64,000 nt of DNA from Mobula hypostoma. Its lineage: Eukaryota. The stretch covers positions 10,790,001 to 10,854,000 of the forward strand of contig NC_086101.1 in the NCBI RefSeq assembly GCF_963921235.1, written 5' to 3'. The translations under genes and the position numbers were made by a program. How positions within the stretch are numbered: the first letter of the stretch is position 1; each line of letters begins with the position of its first letter. The notes below the pieces were generated by a model that ran no database searches, was not told the DNA's origin, and was given only the letters and a program-made list of their open reading frames with translations. Positions 23,413-35,511 of the stretch are shown one piece after another.

Positions 23413-26400
23413 CAATCGCGAATTACCAACAGCAGTCCCTGTCCCTATCCGCTTTGGTGGATTCCGGTGCTGAGGGCAATCTGCTGGACGAAGAGATAGC
23501 CACCCAGGTCGGGATACCTCGCGAGCCGCTAACCACCCACCCTGGAGGCCCGGGCCCTGGTCGGAAATCTGCTGGCTCGGGTGACCCACTGTACCCCGCC
23601 CCTGACCTGGATCCTATCCGGCAACCATCGGGAGGAGGTACGATTCAGTCCCATTCATTCACCTCAAGCCCCGGTAGATCTAGGGTATCCATGGCTGACC
23701 CAACACAATCCCCATATAGACTGGTCTACCGGGGGCTAGCCGAATGGAGCCCGTCCTGCCATGCCAACTGTCTGCGGTCAGTCCCATCTCCCAGAGAAGC
23801 TACCGTGACTCCGCCTGTTTTGGAACCACTCGACTTGTCCTGCGTCGCCACAGAGTACCGTGACTTGGGACAGGTGTTCAGTAAACAACGGGCCCTTTCC
23901 CTGCCTCCGGACCCCCCATATGACTGTGCCATCGACCTTCTCCCCGGGGCCCCACGACCTAGCAGTCGCCTTATTAACCTATCCCGACCGGAGAGAGAGG
24001 CAATGGAGAAATACATTGGCGAGTCCCTTGCGGCGGGTATTATCAGGCCTTCATCCTCCCCGGTAGGCGCCGGTTTCTTTTTTTTTTGTAGATAAGAAGG
24101 TCCGGACGCTTCGCTTCGACTACCGAGGCCTAAATAATATAACAGTTAAGAACAATTACTCTCTACCCCTCATTACCCCACCATCTTCTCAAAGCTGGAC
24201 CTTCGCAACGCCTACCGTTTAGTCAGGATGAGGGAGGGGGACGAATGGAAGACGGCCTTCAATACACCTCTGGGCCACTTTGAATATTTGGTCACGCCGT
24301 TTAGCCTCACCAATACTCCTGTCGTTTTCCAAACCCTGATCAATGACGTACCGAGAGACTTTATCAATCGTTTCGTATTTGTTTACCTTGCCGATATCCT
24401 GATATTTACTAGCAGCCCCCAAGAACACGTACAGCATGTCCGTCAAGTCCTCCAGCGACTGTGGGAAAACCAGTTATTTGCAAAGGCGGAGAAATGCGAG
24501 TTCACGTTCCTTCGGTCAGCTTCCTACGCTATGTCATTGAAAACGGGCAGGTAAAAGCAGACCCCGAGAAGATCCAGGCAGTGGAGGAATGGCCTGGACC
24601 CACGACACGCAAGCAACATCAACGATTCCCGGGGTTTGCAAACTTCTACCGAAGATTCATCAGAGACTACATTGGAGTGGCGGCCCCCCTTACCCGGCTT
24701 ACCTCGCCTACCACACCGTTTTGCTGGGACTCCGAAGCGGACTCAGCATTCACCGACCCGAAGAGGCGTTTCACTACTGCTCCCACCCTGGTCCATCCGG
24801 ACCCATCAGGTCAATTAATCTTTGAGGTGGTCGCCTCTGACTCCGGGGTAGGAGCGGTGCTATCCCAAAGGTCAAGTTCGGACGAAAAGATTCACCCCTG
24901 CGCCTTCGACTCTCGCCGACTGTCCCCCGCCGTGCGGAATTACGACGTGGGGAATCGGGAACTGCTGGCGGTCAAACGAGCACTGGAGGAATGGAGGCAC
25001 TGGTTGGAGGGGGCAGAACACCCGTTTGTGGTGTGGACTGATCATAAGAACCTGGGGTATATTCAGACCGCCAAACGATTGAACTCCTGTCTGCACTGTT
25101 GGGCATTGTTTTTTGGACGGTTCAAGTTTACCCTTACGTACCGTCCAGGATTCAAGAACTGGACGCCGGACGCGCTATCCCGCCAGCATGACTTCTAGGA
25201 TGACACCTCCAGTCCCGAGACTAACCTGACACCTTCCTGCGTAGTTGCCACCCTCACTTAGGAGATCGAGTCTAAAGTAAAGGAGGCCCAGCGGGACGGC
25301 CCCGACCCTGGCAATGGATCCGGCGATCGCCTGTACGTGCCCATCTCCGTCAGGTCTCAGGTTTTCCAATGGGGGAACACATCCCGATTCGCCTGCCACC
25401 CCGGGAGTGATCGGACCCTGGCTTTCCTGGGGAAGCACTTTTGGTGGCCGTCCATGGAGGGGGACACCCGTTCTTATGTCTCGGTTTGTTCCATCTGTGC
25501 CCGGGGAAAGGTTTCTCATCGATCTCCTGTGGGTCTACTTCGTCATCTACCTGTCGCTGGTCGTCCCTGGTCACACATCGCCCTAGACTTCGTCACCGGT
25601 CTACACCCTTTCCGCGGAAACATCACTGTCCTCCCCGTGGTAGACAGATTCTCCAAGGCGGTGCACTTTGTGGCCCTCTCTAAACTCCCTTCCTCTCAAG
25701 GAACCACAGATATTCTCGTCCGCCACGTCTTCCGCCTCCACGGAATCCTCGCGGACATCGTCTCCGATCAAGGTCCCCAGTTCGTCTAGTAGGTATGGAA
25801 GGCCTTCTGCCAAGCCATGGGCGCATCAGTCAGCCTGTTATCCGACTTCCACCCCCAGACAAAAACGGGCAGACGGAACGGGTCAACCAAGACCTGAAGG
25901 CGACGCTGCGTTGTGTAACGGCAAACAACCCGTCGATCTGGAGCGACCACCTCCCGTGGGTTGAGTACGCCCACAATTCTCTGGTGAGCTCAACCATTGG
26001 AAGGTCTCCGTTCGAGTGCTCCCTTAGGTACCAACCCTCGTTGTTCCCCGCGCAAGTGGAGGAGGTTGCGGTACCGTCGGTTCAGGACCATATTGATCGG
26101 TGCCTTAAGATTTGGGAGGAAACACGCACGGCCCTACTCAGATCAACAGATCGAAATAAGAAGACAGCCGACCGGACTCCGGCGCCGGAGTACCAACCTA
26201 GGCAGATGGTATGGTTTTCCTCCAAGTACATCCCGCTCAAAAATGAACATAGCAAACTCGCTCCTCGCTTCCTGGGACCATTCAAGGTTGAAAGGGTAAT
26301 CAATCCCACAGCGGTCCGCCTAAAGCTGCCAAGATCCATGCGCATCCACCCAACTTTTCATGTGTCTCAGTTAAAGCCCGTTTCCGTCAGCCCCTTGTGT

Positions 26401-27044
26401 GCCCCAGATGAGACTTCCCCCACCTGCCCGTATCATGAACAACCATCCGTCATCCACCGGCCGACGACTACTAGATGTGCGCCGTCGGGGCAGGGGTTTC
26501 CAATACCTGGTGGACTGGGAAGGGTACGGTACAGAAGAGCATTCCTGGGTTCCCCGATCCTTCATCCTAGACCCTTTGCTCAGCCTGCACTTTAATTGGG
26601 ACCATCCAGACAGGCCTGGAGGCTCCCGTTGATGGGGGGGCGGGGGGGGGCTGTACTGTCATGGTCCGTTCTGGCAATCCCTCACCTTGCCATTTATCTC
26701 AGCAATTGGGCCTCAATCACCTCATTTAATTTACAATCATACCCAGGTTCCACTAACTACACACACCTGCTTCCCATCAAGAACTGCAGGATAAAGATCC
26801 TGTGATCACAAGGAGCTGCTATTTCCTTGGTTGACTCGTGTATGAGTAATCTTATTCCATGGTTCTTAGGACTATCAGTTCTAAGTCTAGCATCGTTCCT
26901 GAATTCTCTAATAAATCCAAAACTCTGGTTAAAGACTCTCTTGGACACCCATTCCACGCTCGCTATGACCGTAACACCTCCTGACTAGGCCACCGCGCCC
27001 GTGTTCAGCACTTGGGTTTGTTCCACCGCCACGTCCTTGCAACG
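23413..27044 (+). mobile_element. Tf1/sushi-type chromoviral Gypsy element, copy B (5' LTR and gag missing)
   Basis: Protease LVDSGA; RT; RNase H ([27 protein letters not shown]); integrase; chromodomain; G-rich PPT ~26632-26650; 3' LTR 26657-27044 (TGTCATGG...TGCAACG); several frameshifts. Confidence 0.95.
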
Positions 27045-27849
27045 TACCAGTGCATTGCCTTGAGAGCAGAAAATGGTGAAAAACACGTTTGTCTGGGAAA
27101 GCACGAGGGAAAATGTTGTGATAGATTTTTGAAGGGATCTGAAAGGGTACAAAAAGTAACAATTGGGAATTTTCTCTCAGCTGGGCCATGACTAGCACTA
27201 AGAGTTGGGGATAGAGACAAGGACAGAGATAGAGAGAAAGAAAGAGAGGCGATGGTTGAGGGAAAGCGGTAGAGTATTTTGGTTCCCTCTGAAAGTGTGT
27301 TGTTTAGCATGGTTTAGTGATGGTTGGTAAGTATTACTTTGTCCCTTGTACTGCTTTATTAACCATTATTCCTCATTTATGTATTTTCTTAATATAACTC
27401 AAAAAAGTAATTTTCTCTCACCTTTAACATGTGTACAGTGCCTCCTCTGTTTGTGGATACCTCTCGCTGCTGAATCAGAAAAGACCAACAAACAATATTA
27501 AAATATTTTCATTGCATGTCATCAGCAGGAGTCAGCATAATGGAGTCTGATTCACAAACCACAGGACGAGGCACAGGTGGGGTGAAGGCTGGGGTACCGG
27601 ATGTATGGACAACTTCCATGGTTTTGGAGCAGTGGCCAAAATATTGTTCATGTGTTGCCCTCCATGTGCCAGAGAATCAAGATGGAAAGCAAGAGTAGTT
27701 ACATCCAGGCTAAGGAGCCACTCTGTTAAATAACTTGGAGCTTCCCCATCCAGAGGAGAGTAAGGGCACAACCTTAAAGGCTATGCTATGGAAAAAGATG
27801 TATGATGTGTTGGGGAGCACATCAAGTTCAGGCAGTATGCCCTGGTACA

Positions 27850-28650
27850 CTTACCTCAATTATAAGCAAATGCTTTGAGAGGCTTGTTAAAGACTACATC
27901 TGCAGCATGCTACCACCCACACTGGACCCTCTACAATATGCCTACTGACAGAACCAGTCTCCTGATAATGCAATAACAACAGCACTACGCACCATCTTCA
28001 CTCATCTGGGGAAGAGGGATGCATACGTTATAATGCTGCTCCTGGACTACAGTTCAGTATTTAACACCATAATACCCTCTAGACTTGACAGGAAGCTCAG
28101 AGACCTCGGCCTGCAGCTGGATCCTAGACTTCCTATTGAATTGCCAACAGGTGGTAAGGATTGGCTTCCTCACCTCTGTCTCCCTGAACCTCAACACAGG
28201 TGTCCCCCAGGATTGTATCCTGAGACCCTCCTCTACTCCCTTTACACCCACGACTGTACTGCCACACACAGCTCCAATCTGCTGATCAAATTCACAGGTG
28301 ACAGAACTTTGATCAGCCTTATTTCGAGCAGTGATGAGACAGCCTACAGAGGAGAGGTTGACATCCCGACACAGTGGTGCCAGGATAACAATCTTTCCCT
28401 TAATTTCTGAAAAACAAAAGAGCTGAATGGAGACAAGCTCAGTCTGATCAACATCAATGGACCTGCAGATGAGAGGGTGAGTAGTTTCAACTTCCTTGGT
28501 ATGCACACCACCAATGATCTCACCTGGAATATACACACCGGTTTTGTGGCAAAAAAAAAAAGCACAACAGTGTTTCTTCCACCTGAGGCAACTGAAAAAG
28601 TTTGGCATGGGTCCCCTGTTTTATTCTGTGGAGAGTTGCACAGAGAGCAT
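27850..28650 (+). mobile_element. Rex1/Babar-like non-LTR retrotransposon RT fragment
   Basis: MLLLDYSSVFNTIIPSRL, WILDFL, LNTGVPQ, LYSLYTHDC, KKAQQCFFHLRQLKKFG. Confidence 0.85.
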
Positions 28651-28689
28651 CAGGTACCCTATCCCAGTCCCTCCCTCTCCTCTTACATA

Positions 28690-29095
28690 GAACAGCAGAC
28701 AAACGCTACACCTGGTTTGCAGGCAGCTTCAGTCACTGGAAAGCCTGTGTACAGGGGTGGAAACCTGTTGCATTTCACTCAGTCACAAATAAATTTGCAG
28801 CAACAGGTCAAGAGAAGAGCTTTCTCAAGAAACCAACTGCCTACATTAAATCAGGCCTCACTCTGATTTGGAAATATAACAGATCGACTCCTGCCACACC
28901 AGCAACAATTTAACTATAGTTGAGCATAATTCAGGTCCTTCAATGGCAATTCTTTGCATGAGTGCAGATCAAGTCCATACCCTGAAGGGATTACAGAAAT
29001 AATTAGTTGTTGTGGGAACCCCCAAGTAATACAACTGGATAATGGGTCTCATTTCTCAAGTCATACAGCAAACAACTGGCTGCAAGCAAAGGCAA
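28690..29095 (+). mobile_element. Degenerate retroviral-type pol fragments (RNase H start, integrase core)
   Basis: TWFAGS resembles WFTDGS; GNPQVIQLDNGSHFSSHTANNWLQAK resembles the integrase xSDNGxxF motif. Confidence 0.45.
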
Positions 29096-29149
29096 GTATT
29101 GTCAAGGTAAATTTTATTATTAAAATACATATGTCATCATATACTGTAC

Positions 29150-30050
29150 AATAGGTGACCCCAACAGACTCAATAGTGAAGTGTTGCATCACCTGGAAGG
29201 ACTGTTTGGGGCCCTGAGTGGTACTGAGGGAGGAGGTGTAGGGGCAGGTTTAGCACTTGTTCTGCTTGCAAGGATGAGTTCCTGGAGGGAGATCAGCGGG
29301 GAGGAACAAAAGGACATGGGAGGCACAATGGGTGCAATCCCTGCGGAAAGCAGCAAGTGGGGGGAGGAAAGATGAGCTTGGTGGTGGGATCCCACTGGAG
29401 ATGTCAGAAATTTCAGAGAAAGGTGGGGTGGGGGGTATTATCAGAAGTTCGGGAAATCAATGTTCATGCCATCAGGTTGGAGGCTACCCAAACAGAATAT
29501 AAGGTGCTGTTCCTCTAATCTAAGTGTGACCTCATCATGACAGTGGAGGAGGCCATGGATAGACATATTGGAAAGTGAATGGGAGGTCGAATTAGAATGG
29601 GTGGCTACTGAGAGATCCTTCTTTTTCTGACTGAGGGAGCATAGATGCTCGGTGAAGCAGTCTCCCAATCTACGGTCTCACAGAGGGTCACACTGGGAGC
29701 ACCGGACACAGTATATGACCCCAGCAGAGTCAGAGGTGAAATGTTGCCTGGAAGGACTGTTTTGGGGCCCTGGATGGTAGTGAGGGAGGTGGTGTAGGGG
29801 CAGGTGTAGCACTTGTTCTGCTTGCAAGGATAAGCACCTGGAGGGAGGTCAGTGGGGAGGGACAAATGGACAAGGGAGGCACATGGGGTGCAATCCCTGG
29901 GGAAAGCGGAAAGTAAGGGGGAGGGTGAGATGAGCTTGGTGGATCCCCCTGGAGATGTCAGAAGTTTCAGAGAATTATGTGCTCAACACAAACGCTGATG
30001 GAGTGGTAGGTGAGGACAAAGGAATCCTGTCCCCGGTGGGTTGGTGCTCA
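29150..30050 (-). mobile_element. Penelope-like element fragments (GIY-YIG endonuclease region), partly duplicated
   Basis: CYTCPYTTSLTTIQGPK; GDCFTEHL...VATHSNSTSHS...LRLEEQHLIFCLGSLQPDGMNIDF; 29180-29420 repeats 29740-29975. Confidence 0.85.
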
Positions 30051-30212
30051 CAAGTATTTATAGGGTCTTCAATTAGACCCTTCAAATATTTGTAGGGTCT
30101 TTAATTAGATGAAGCAAGAGGTTTTTGAGTTGCTGAATCATTCTGACTGCAATCTGCAAAATGCAGCTTCGCATAAGGAAAGCAGAAAGTGGCTTAAAAT
30201 CTTCTTTCAGTT

Positions 30213-30248
30213 AGTCCTGACGAAAGGTCTCGGCCCAAAACGTCGACT
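30213..30248 (+). ncRNA. Minimal type-I hammerhead ribozyme motif of Penelope terminal repeats (mutated)
   Basis: AGTC-CTGACGA-AAGGTCTCGGCCC-AAAAC-GTC-GACT: stem I AGTC/GACT, core CUGANGA, GAAA mutated to AAAA, GUC cleavage triplet. Confidence 0.6.
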
Positions 30249-30489
30249 TTACCTCTTCCTAAAGGCCTGCTGCATTCACCAGCATTTTTTGTGAAGTGCC
30301 TTAAAAGTTGGGGCAGGGGAGAAACACAAGGTGATAGGTGAAACCGGGATGGGGAGGGTGAAGTAAGGAGTTGGGAAGTTGATTGGTGAAAGAAATACAG
30401 AGCAAGATAAAGCGGAATCCAATGTGGAGGGCAGAAAGCTATGGTAGAGAGAAAAGGGGGAGGATCACGACAGGGAGGTGTTGGCCTGG

Positions 30490-31010
30490 CACCGTCCTCT
30501 CCAATCCCCGACACAGTTTTACTCTCTTTTCGTCCCGCCCATTTAACTGCGTCCATTTTTTGCGGAAAAGTACAATTAGTTTTACTTTTCCCTCTGGCAG
30601 CTGCCGTGACGCCGATTTTGTGGTGCTCCTCACAAAGAAAGTTCTGCTCTGAGGTCGCTTACTCCACGTTACTGCTGAGCGCTCGTTACAAACTTCCCCA
30701 CAAGGAGTGGGGAGGGAGTTCTGCGTGAAGAACCTCTCGGTTGCTGATCGGGTGAGTGGGGCTCAGGGACTTGTCACCGCACGGGAGCCACCTGGACAAA
30801 ATGGGTCCCTTTCCGATTTCCTGACGGAGTCAGTGACAGGGAGACCCGCGGCTACAGGCCGGCCAGCGACGCCGAGATTGGCTCCGCCTTGTTCCCGAAG
30901 CCGGAACGGCGAACCTGTCCGCTCAGCAGAATGGGGTGACCGAGAGCAAGGCAGGTCAGGGAGGGGGAAGCCCTTAATACCCTCAGACAAATCTGCTCAG
31001 CCATTGCATC
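30490..31010. promoter_or_regulatory. CpG-rich, apparently non-repeat, promoter-like island
   Basis: High CpG density; GC box CCGCCC ~30535; ISRE-like AGTTTTACTTTTCC at 30578; NF-kB-like GGGGAAGCCC at 30964-30973. Confidence 0.3.
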
Positions 31011-33410
31011 CTGACTGATCCCGGATCCCACTCTACCCCATACACCTGCCTTCTCGCCGTACCCTTTGATGCCCTGACCGATCAGGAAACGATCAACTGC
31101 CGCCTTAAATGTACGTGCGGACTTTGCCTCCACGGCAGTCTGTGGCAGAGCATTCCACAGATTCACCACTCTCTGGCTTAAAAAAAAATCCTACGTACCT
31201 ACGTTCTGAAAGCTCGCCCCTCAATTTTGAGGCTGTATCCTCTCGTTCTGGACACTCCCATGACAGTGAACATCCTCTCCACATTCACCTTATCGAGTCA
31301 TTTCCGCATTCGGTAGGTTTCAATGAGACCCCGCCCCCACCCCGTATTCGTCCAAGGTCCTATATAGCTGCAACATTACCTATCGGCTCTTGAACTCAAT
31401 CCCATGATTGATGAAGGCCAATGTACCATATGCCTTCTTAACACAGAGTCAACCTGCACAGCAGCTATATATACCTCCTCTGGACTCTCCAATGACAACC
31501 CATTATTTTCAGGATATGGGGACCAAAACTTTTGACAATACTCCAAGTGTAGCCTGACTATTGTCTTACAAAGCTTCAGCATTATCTCCTTGTTTTTATA
31601 TTGTATTCCACTGAAATGAATAACAACATTGAATTTGCATTTTTTACCACAGACTCAACCTATAAATTACACTTTGAGAGTCTTGTTCAAGGACTCCTAA
31701 GTCCCTTTACACCTCTGATGTTTGAATTTTCTCCCCATTTAGATAATAGTCTGTACTTTTGTTCCTTTTATCAATATGCATTATCATAGATTTCCCAACA
31801 CTGTATACCATCTGCCACTTTTTCCCCATTCTTCCAATTTGTCAAAGTCCTTCTGCAATCACATTCCTTCCTCAGCACAACCAACCCCTCCACCTATCAT
31901 CTGCAAGCCATCAATTCCATTATCTAAATCACTGACAATGTGAAAAGTAGAGGTCTCAATACTGACCCCTGAGGAATACCACTAGTCATTGGCAGCGGAC
32001 CAGAAAGGGTCCCCTTTATTCACATTCCTTTATCTATGTCAGTATCTTTCCTGCAATGCCACAGGATTTTATTTTCTTAAGCAGCCTCATATGTGGCACT
32101 TCATCAAATGTTTTCTGAAAATTCCAGAAAGTAACTCTCCTTTGTCTACCGTGCTTGTTCCTTCCTTGAAGAACTCTAACAGATTTGTCAGCAAAGATTT
32201 CCTTTTACAGAAACCATGCTGACTTCATTTTATCATTAGTTTCCAAGTACCCTGAAACATCATTCTGAATAATAAACTCAAATACTTACTCAGCAACTGA
32301 GGTTAATCTAACTGGCCTATCATTTCCTTTTCTTTTGCCTTCCTCCCTTCTGAAAGAGTGCAGTGACATTTGCAACTTTTTGTTCCTCTGCAACCATGCC
32401 AGTATAAAGTGATTCTTGAAAGATCATATCTGCTTTCTCTTCAGCAACCTCTCTCAGCACTCTGGAATGTAGTCCATCTTGTCCAGGTGACTTATCCACA
32501 TTAAGATCTTTGAGTTTGCTGAGCATTTTTTCCTTCCTGCTCCCTGACACTTGTGGACCTCTGGCACACTGTTAGAGTCTTGCACAGTGAAGATTGATGC
32601 AAAGAACTCATTAAGTTCATTCACCATTTCTTTATTGCTCATTACTACCTCATCAACATCATTTCCCAGTGGTCCAATATCAACTCTCACCTTCCTTTAC
32701 CTCCTTATGTAACTGAAAGAAACTTCTAGTATCCTGCTTTATGTTATTGGTTAATTTGCCCTCATACTTCATCTTTCATTCGGCTTTTTTAGTTGCCTTT
32801 TGTTGGATTGTTTAAAAACTTCCAATCACCCAACTTCCCACTCACTTTTGCCCTTTCCTTAGCTTTTATGCAGTCCTTAACTTCCCTTGTCAGCCACGGT
32901 TGACTACCCCTGCCATTTCAGAGCTACTTCTGTGGGACATATCTATCCTGTGCCTTGTGAACTATTCCCAGAAACAACAGCCACCTCTGCTCTGCTGTCA
33001 TCCGTGCCAGTATCCCCCTCCAATCCACCTGAGCAAGCTCCTCTCTCATGCTTCTGTAATTCCCTTTATTCCATTGCAATACTGACACATCTGACTCGTG
33101 CTTCTCCTTCTCAAGTTGCAGCGGGAATTCAATCGCATTTTGATCTCTGCCTCCAAAGGATTACTTTACCTTAAGCTCCATAATAAAATCTGGATTATTA
33201 CATAACACCCAATCTAAGATAGCCTTTCCCCTTGTAGACTCAAGCACAAACTGCTCTAAAAAGCCATCTCATAGCCATTCAACAAATTCCCTCTCTTGCA
33301 AGCCATCACCAACCTGATTTTCCCAATCCCCTTGCATATTGAAGTTCACTATTACAATTGTGACTTTACCCTTATTATATGTCCTTTCCAACTCCCTTTG
33401 CAATCTCTCT
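31010..33410 (-). mobile_element. CR1 fragments (3' ends, RT, linker, endonuclease)
   Basis: VRLHLEYCQKFWSPY, KSPGQDGLHSRVLREVA, DIGPLGNDVDEVVM on the reverse strand. Confidence 0.8.
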
Positions 33411-33639
33411 TTGAAGACTGGATGGATCCTGGGGTTTGTTTACTTACAGCAGTGGCTTTCAAAATTTAAAGTAAATTTATCATCAAAGAACATATTTCAC
33501 CATATACAACACTGAGATTCATTTTCTAGTGTCCATATTCAATAAACCCATAGAATAATAATCATAACTGGTTGAACACACTGATTGGGCATTGAACCAG
33601 TGTGCAAAATGCAAAGAACTGTGTAAATATAAAAAGAAA

Positions 33640-34517
33640 GAAAGGATGTTTGATGGCTCTTGGTCTGTACTTGCAGGAATGAAGAAGGATGAGGGGGGAT
33701 TTCATTGAAACATTTTGAATGTTGAAAGTCCAAGACAGAGTAGATGTGGAAAGGATGTTTCCCATGGTAGGGGAGTCGAGGACAAGGGGGTTCAGCCTCA
33801 GGATAGAGGAGTGCCCATTTAAGTCAAGTCAAGTTTATTTATATAGCACATTTAAAAACAACCCACGTTGACCAAAGAGCTGTACTGATCAGAGCAAATA
33901 GCTGAAATCACAAATACAAGAAACACAGACATAACCAACAAGGTTATAGGCACAAAAGAAACAACACAAGGGCCTAGGCACAAGCTGAAAATCAGCCACA
34001 TCAGAAGGATTCAAACGCTAGTGAATAAAAGGAAGTTTTGAGCCTGGACTTAAAAGAGTTGATGGAGGGGAATTCAGTTCCACAGTGTAGGGGCTGCAAT
34101 AGCAAAGGTGCAGTCACCCCGAGCTTAAGTTTTGATTGCGGGACAGCCAAGAGCCCCAAGTCAGCCGACCTGAGGGACCTGGAAGTAGAATAAGGGGTTA
34201 GAAGGTCTGCGATATAAAGAGGGCCAGCCCATTTAGGGCTTTATAAACAAACAGGAGAACCTTAAAAACAGGGTTGTGGAGAGATTTCTTTAGCCAGAGG
34301 GTGATGCATTTGTGGAATTTGTTACCAAATACAGCTGTGGAGGCCAGGTCATTGGGTGTATTTAAGGCAAGGATTGACAGGTTCTTGATTGGCCACGGGA
34401 CCAAGGTTACAGGGAGAAGGCCGAGGAATGGGGTTGAGGAAGGGAAAAAAGTATCGGCAGTGATTGAATAGTGGAGTAGACTCGATGGGCCAAATGGCCT
34501 TATTCTGCTCCTATATA
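33640..34517 (+). mobile_element. CR1 3' end split by an L2 fragment
   Basis: GCCCATTTAA|...|AACAGGGTTGTGGAGAGATTTC rejoin; FFSQRVMHLWNLLP. Confidence 0.8.
33821..34265 (-). mobile_element. L2-clade LINE 3' fragment
   Basis: Reverse strand FKVLLFVYKALNGLA; AATAAA and (TTGAC)n tail at 33821-33840. Confidence 0.75.
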
Positions 34518-35511
34518 AGACCATAAGACAAAGGAGCAGAAGTTGGCCATTCAGCCCATCGAGTCTGCTCCACCATTTTATCATGAGCTGATCCATTCTC
34601 CCATTTAGTCCCACTCCCCTGCCTTCCCACCATAACCTTTGATGCACTGGTTATGCAGCTACCTATCAATCTCTGCCTTAAATACACCCAATGACTTGGC
34701 CTCCACTGCTGCCCGTGGCAACAAATTCCATAGATTCACCACCCTCTGACTAAAAAAATTTCTTCGCATTTCTGTTCTGAATGGGCGCCCTTCAATCCTT
34801 AAGTCATGCCCTCTCATACTAGACTCCCCCATTATGGGAAACAACTTTGCCACATCCACACTGCCCATGCCTTTCAACATTCAAAATGTTTCTATGAGGT
34901 CTCCTCTCATTCTTCTAAACTCCAAGGAATACAGTCCAAGAGCGGACAAACGTTCCTCATATGTTAACCCTCTCATTCCCGGAATCATTCTAGTGAATCT
35001 TCTCTGTACCCTCTCCAACGTCAGCACATCCTTTCTTAAATAAGGAGACCAAAACTTCCCACTGTACTCCAAGTGAGGTCTCACCAGCGCCTTATAGAGC
35101 CTCAACATCACACCCCTGCTCCTATACTCTATTCCTCTAGAAATGAATGCCAACATTCTTCACCACCGACTCAACCTGGCAGTTAACCTTAAGGGTATCC
35201 TGTACGAGGACTCCCAAGTCCCGTTGCATCTCAGAACTTTGAATTCTTTCCCCATTTAAATAGTAGTCTGCCCATTTATTTCTTCTGCCAAAGTGCATAA
35301 CCATACACTTTCCAACATTGTATTTCATTTGCCACTTCTCTGCCCATTCTTCCAATCTATCCAAGTCTCTCTGCAGACTCTCTGTTTCCTCAGCACTACC
35401 GGCCCCTCCACCTATCTTCATATCGTCAGCAAACTTAGCCACAAAGCCATCCATTCCATAAACCAAATCGTTGATGTACAATGTAAAAAGAAGCGGCCCC
35501 AACATGGACCC

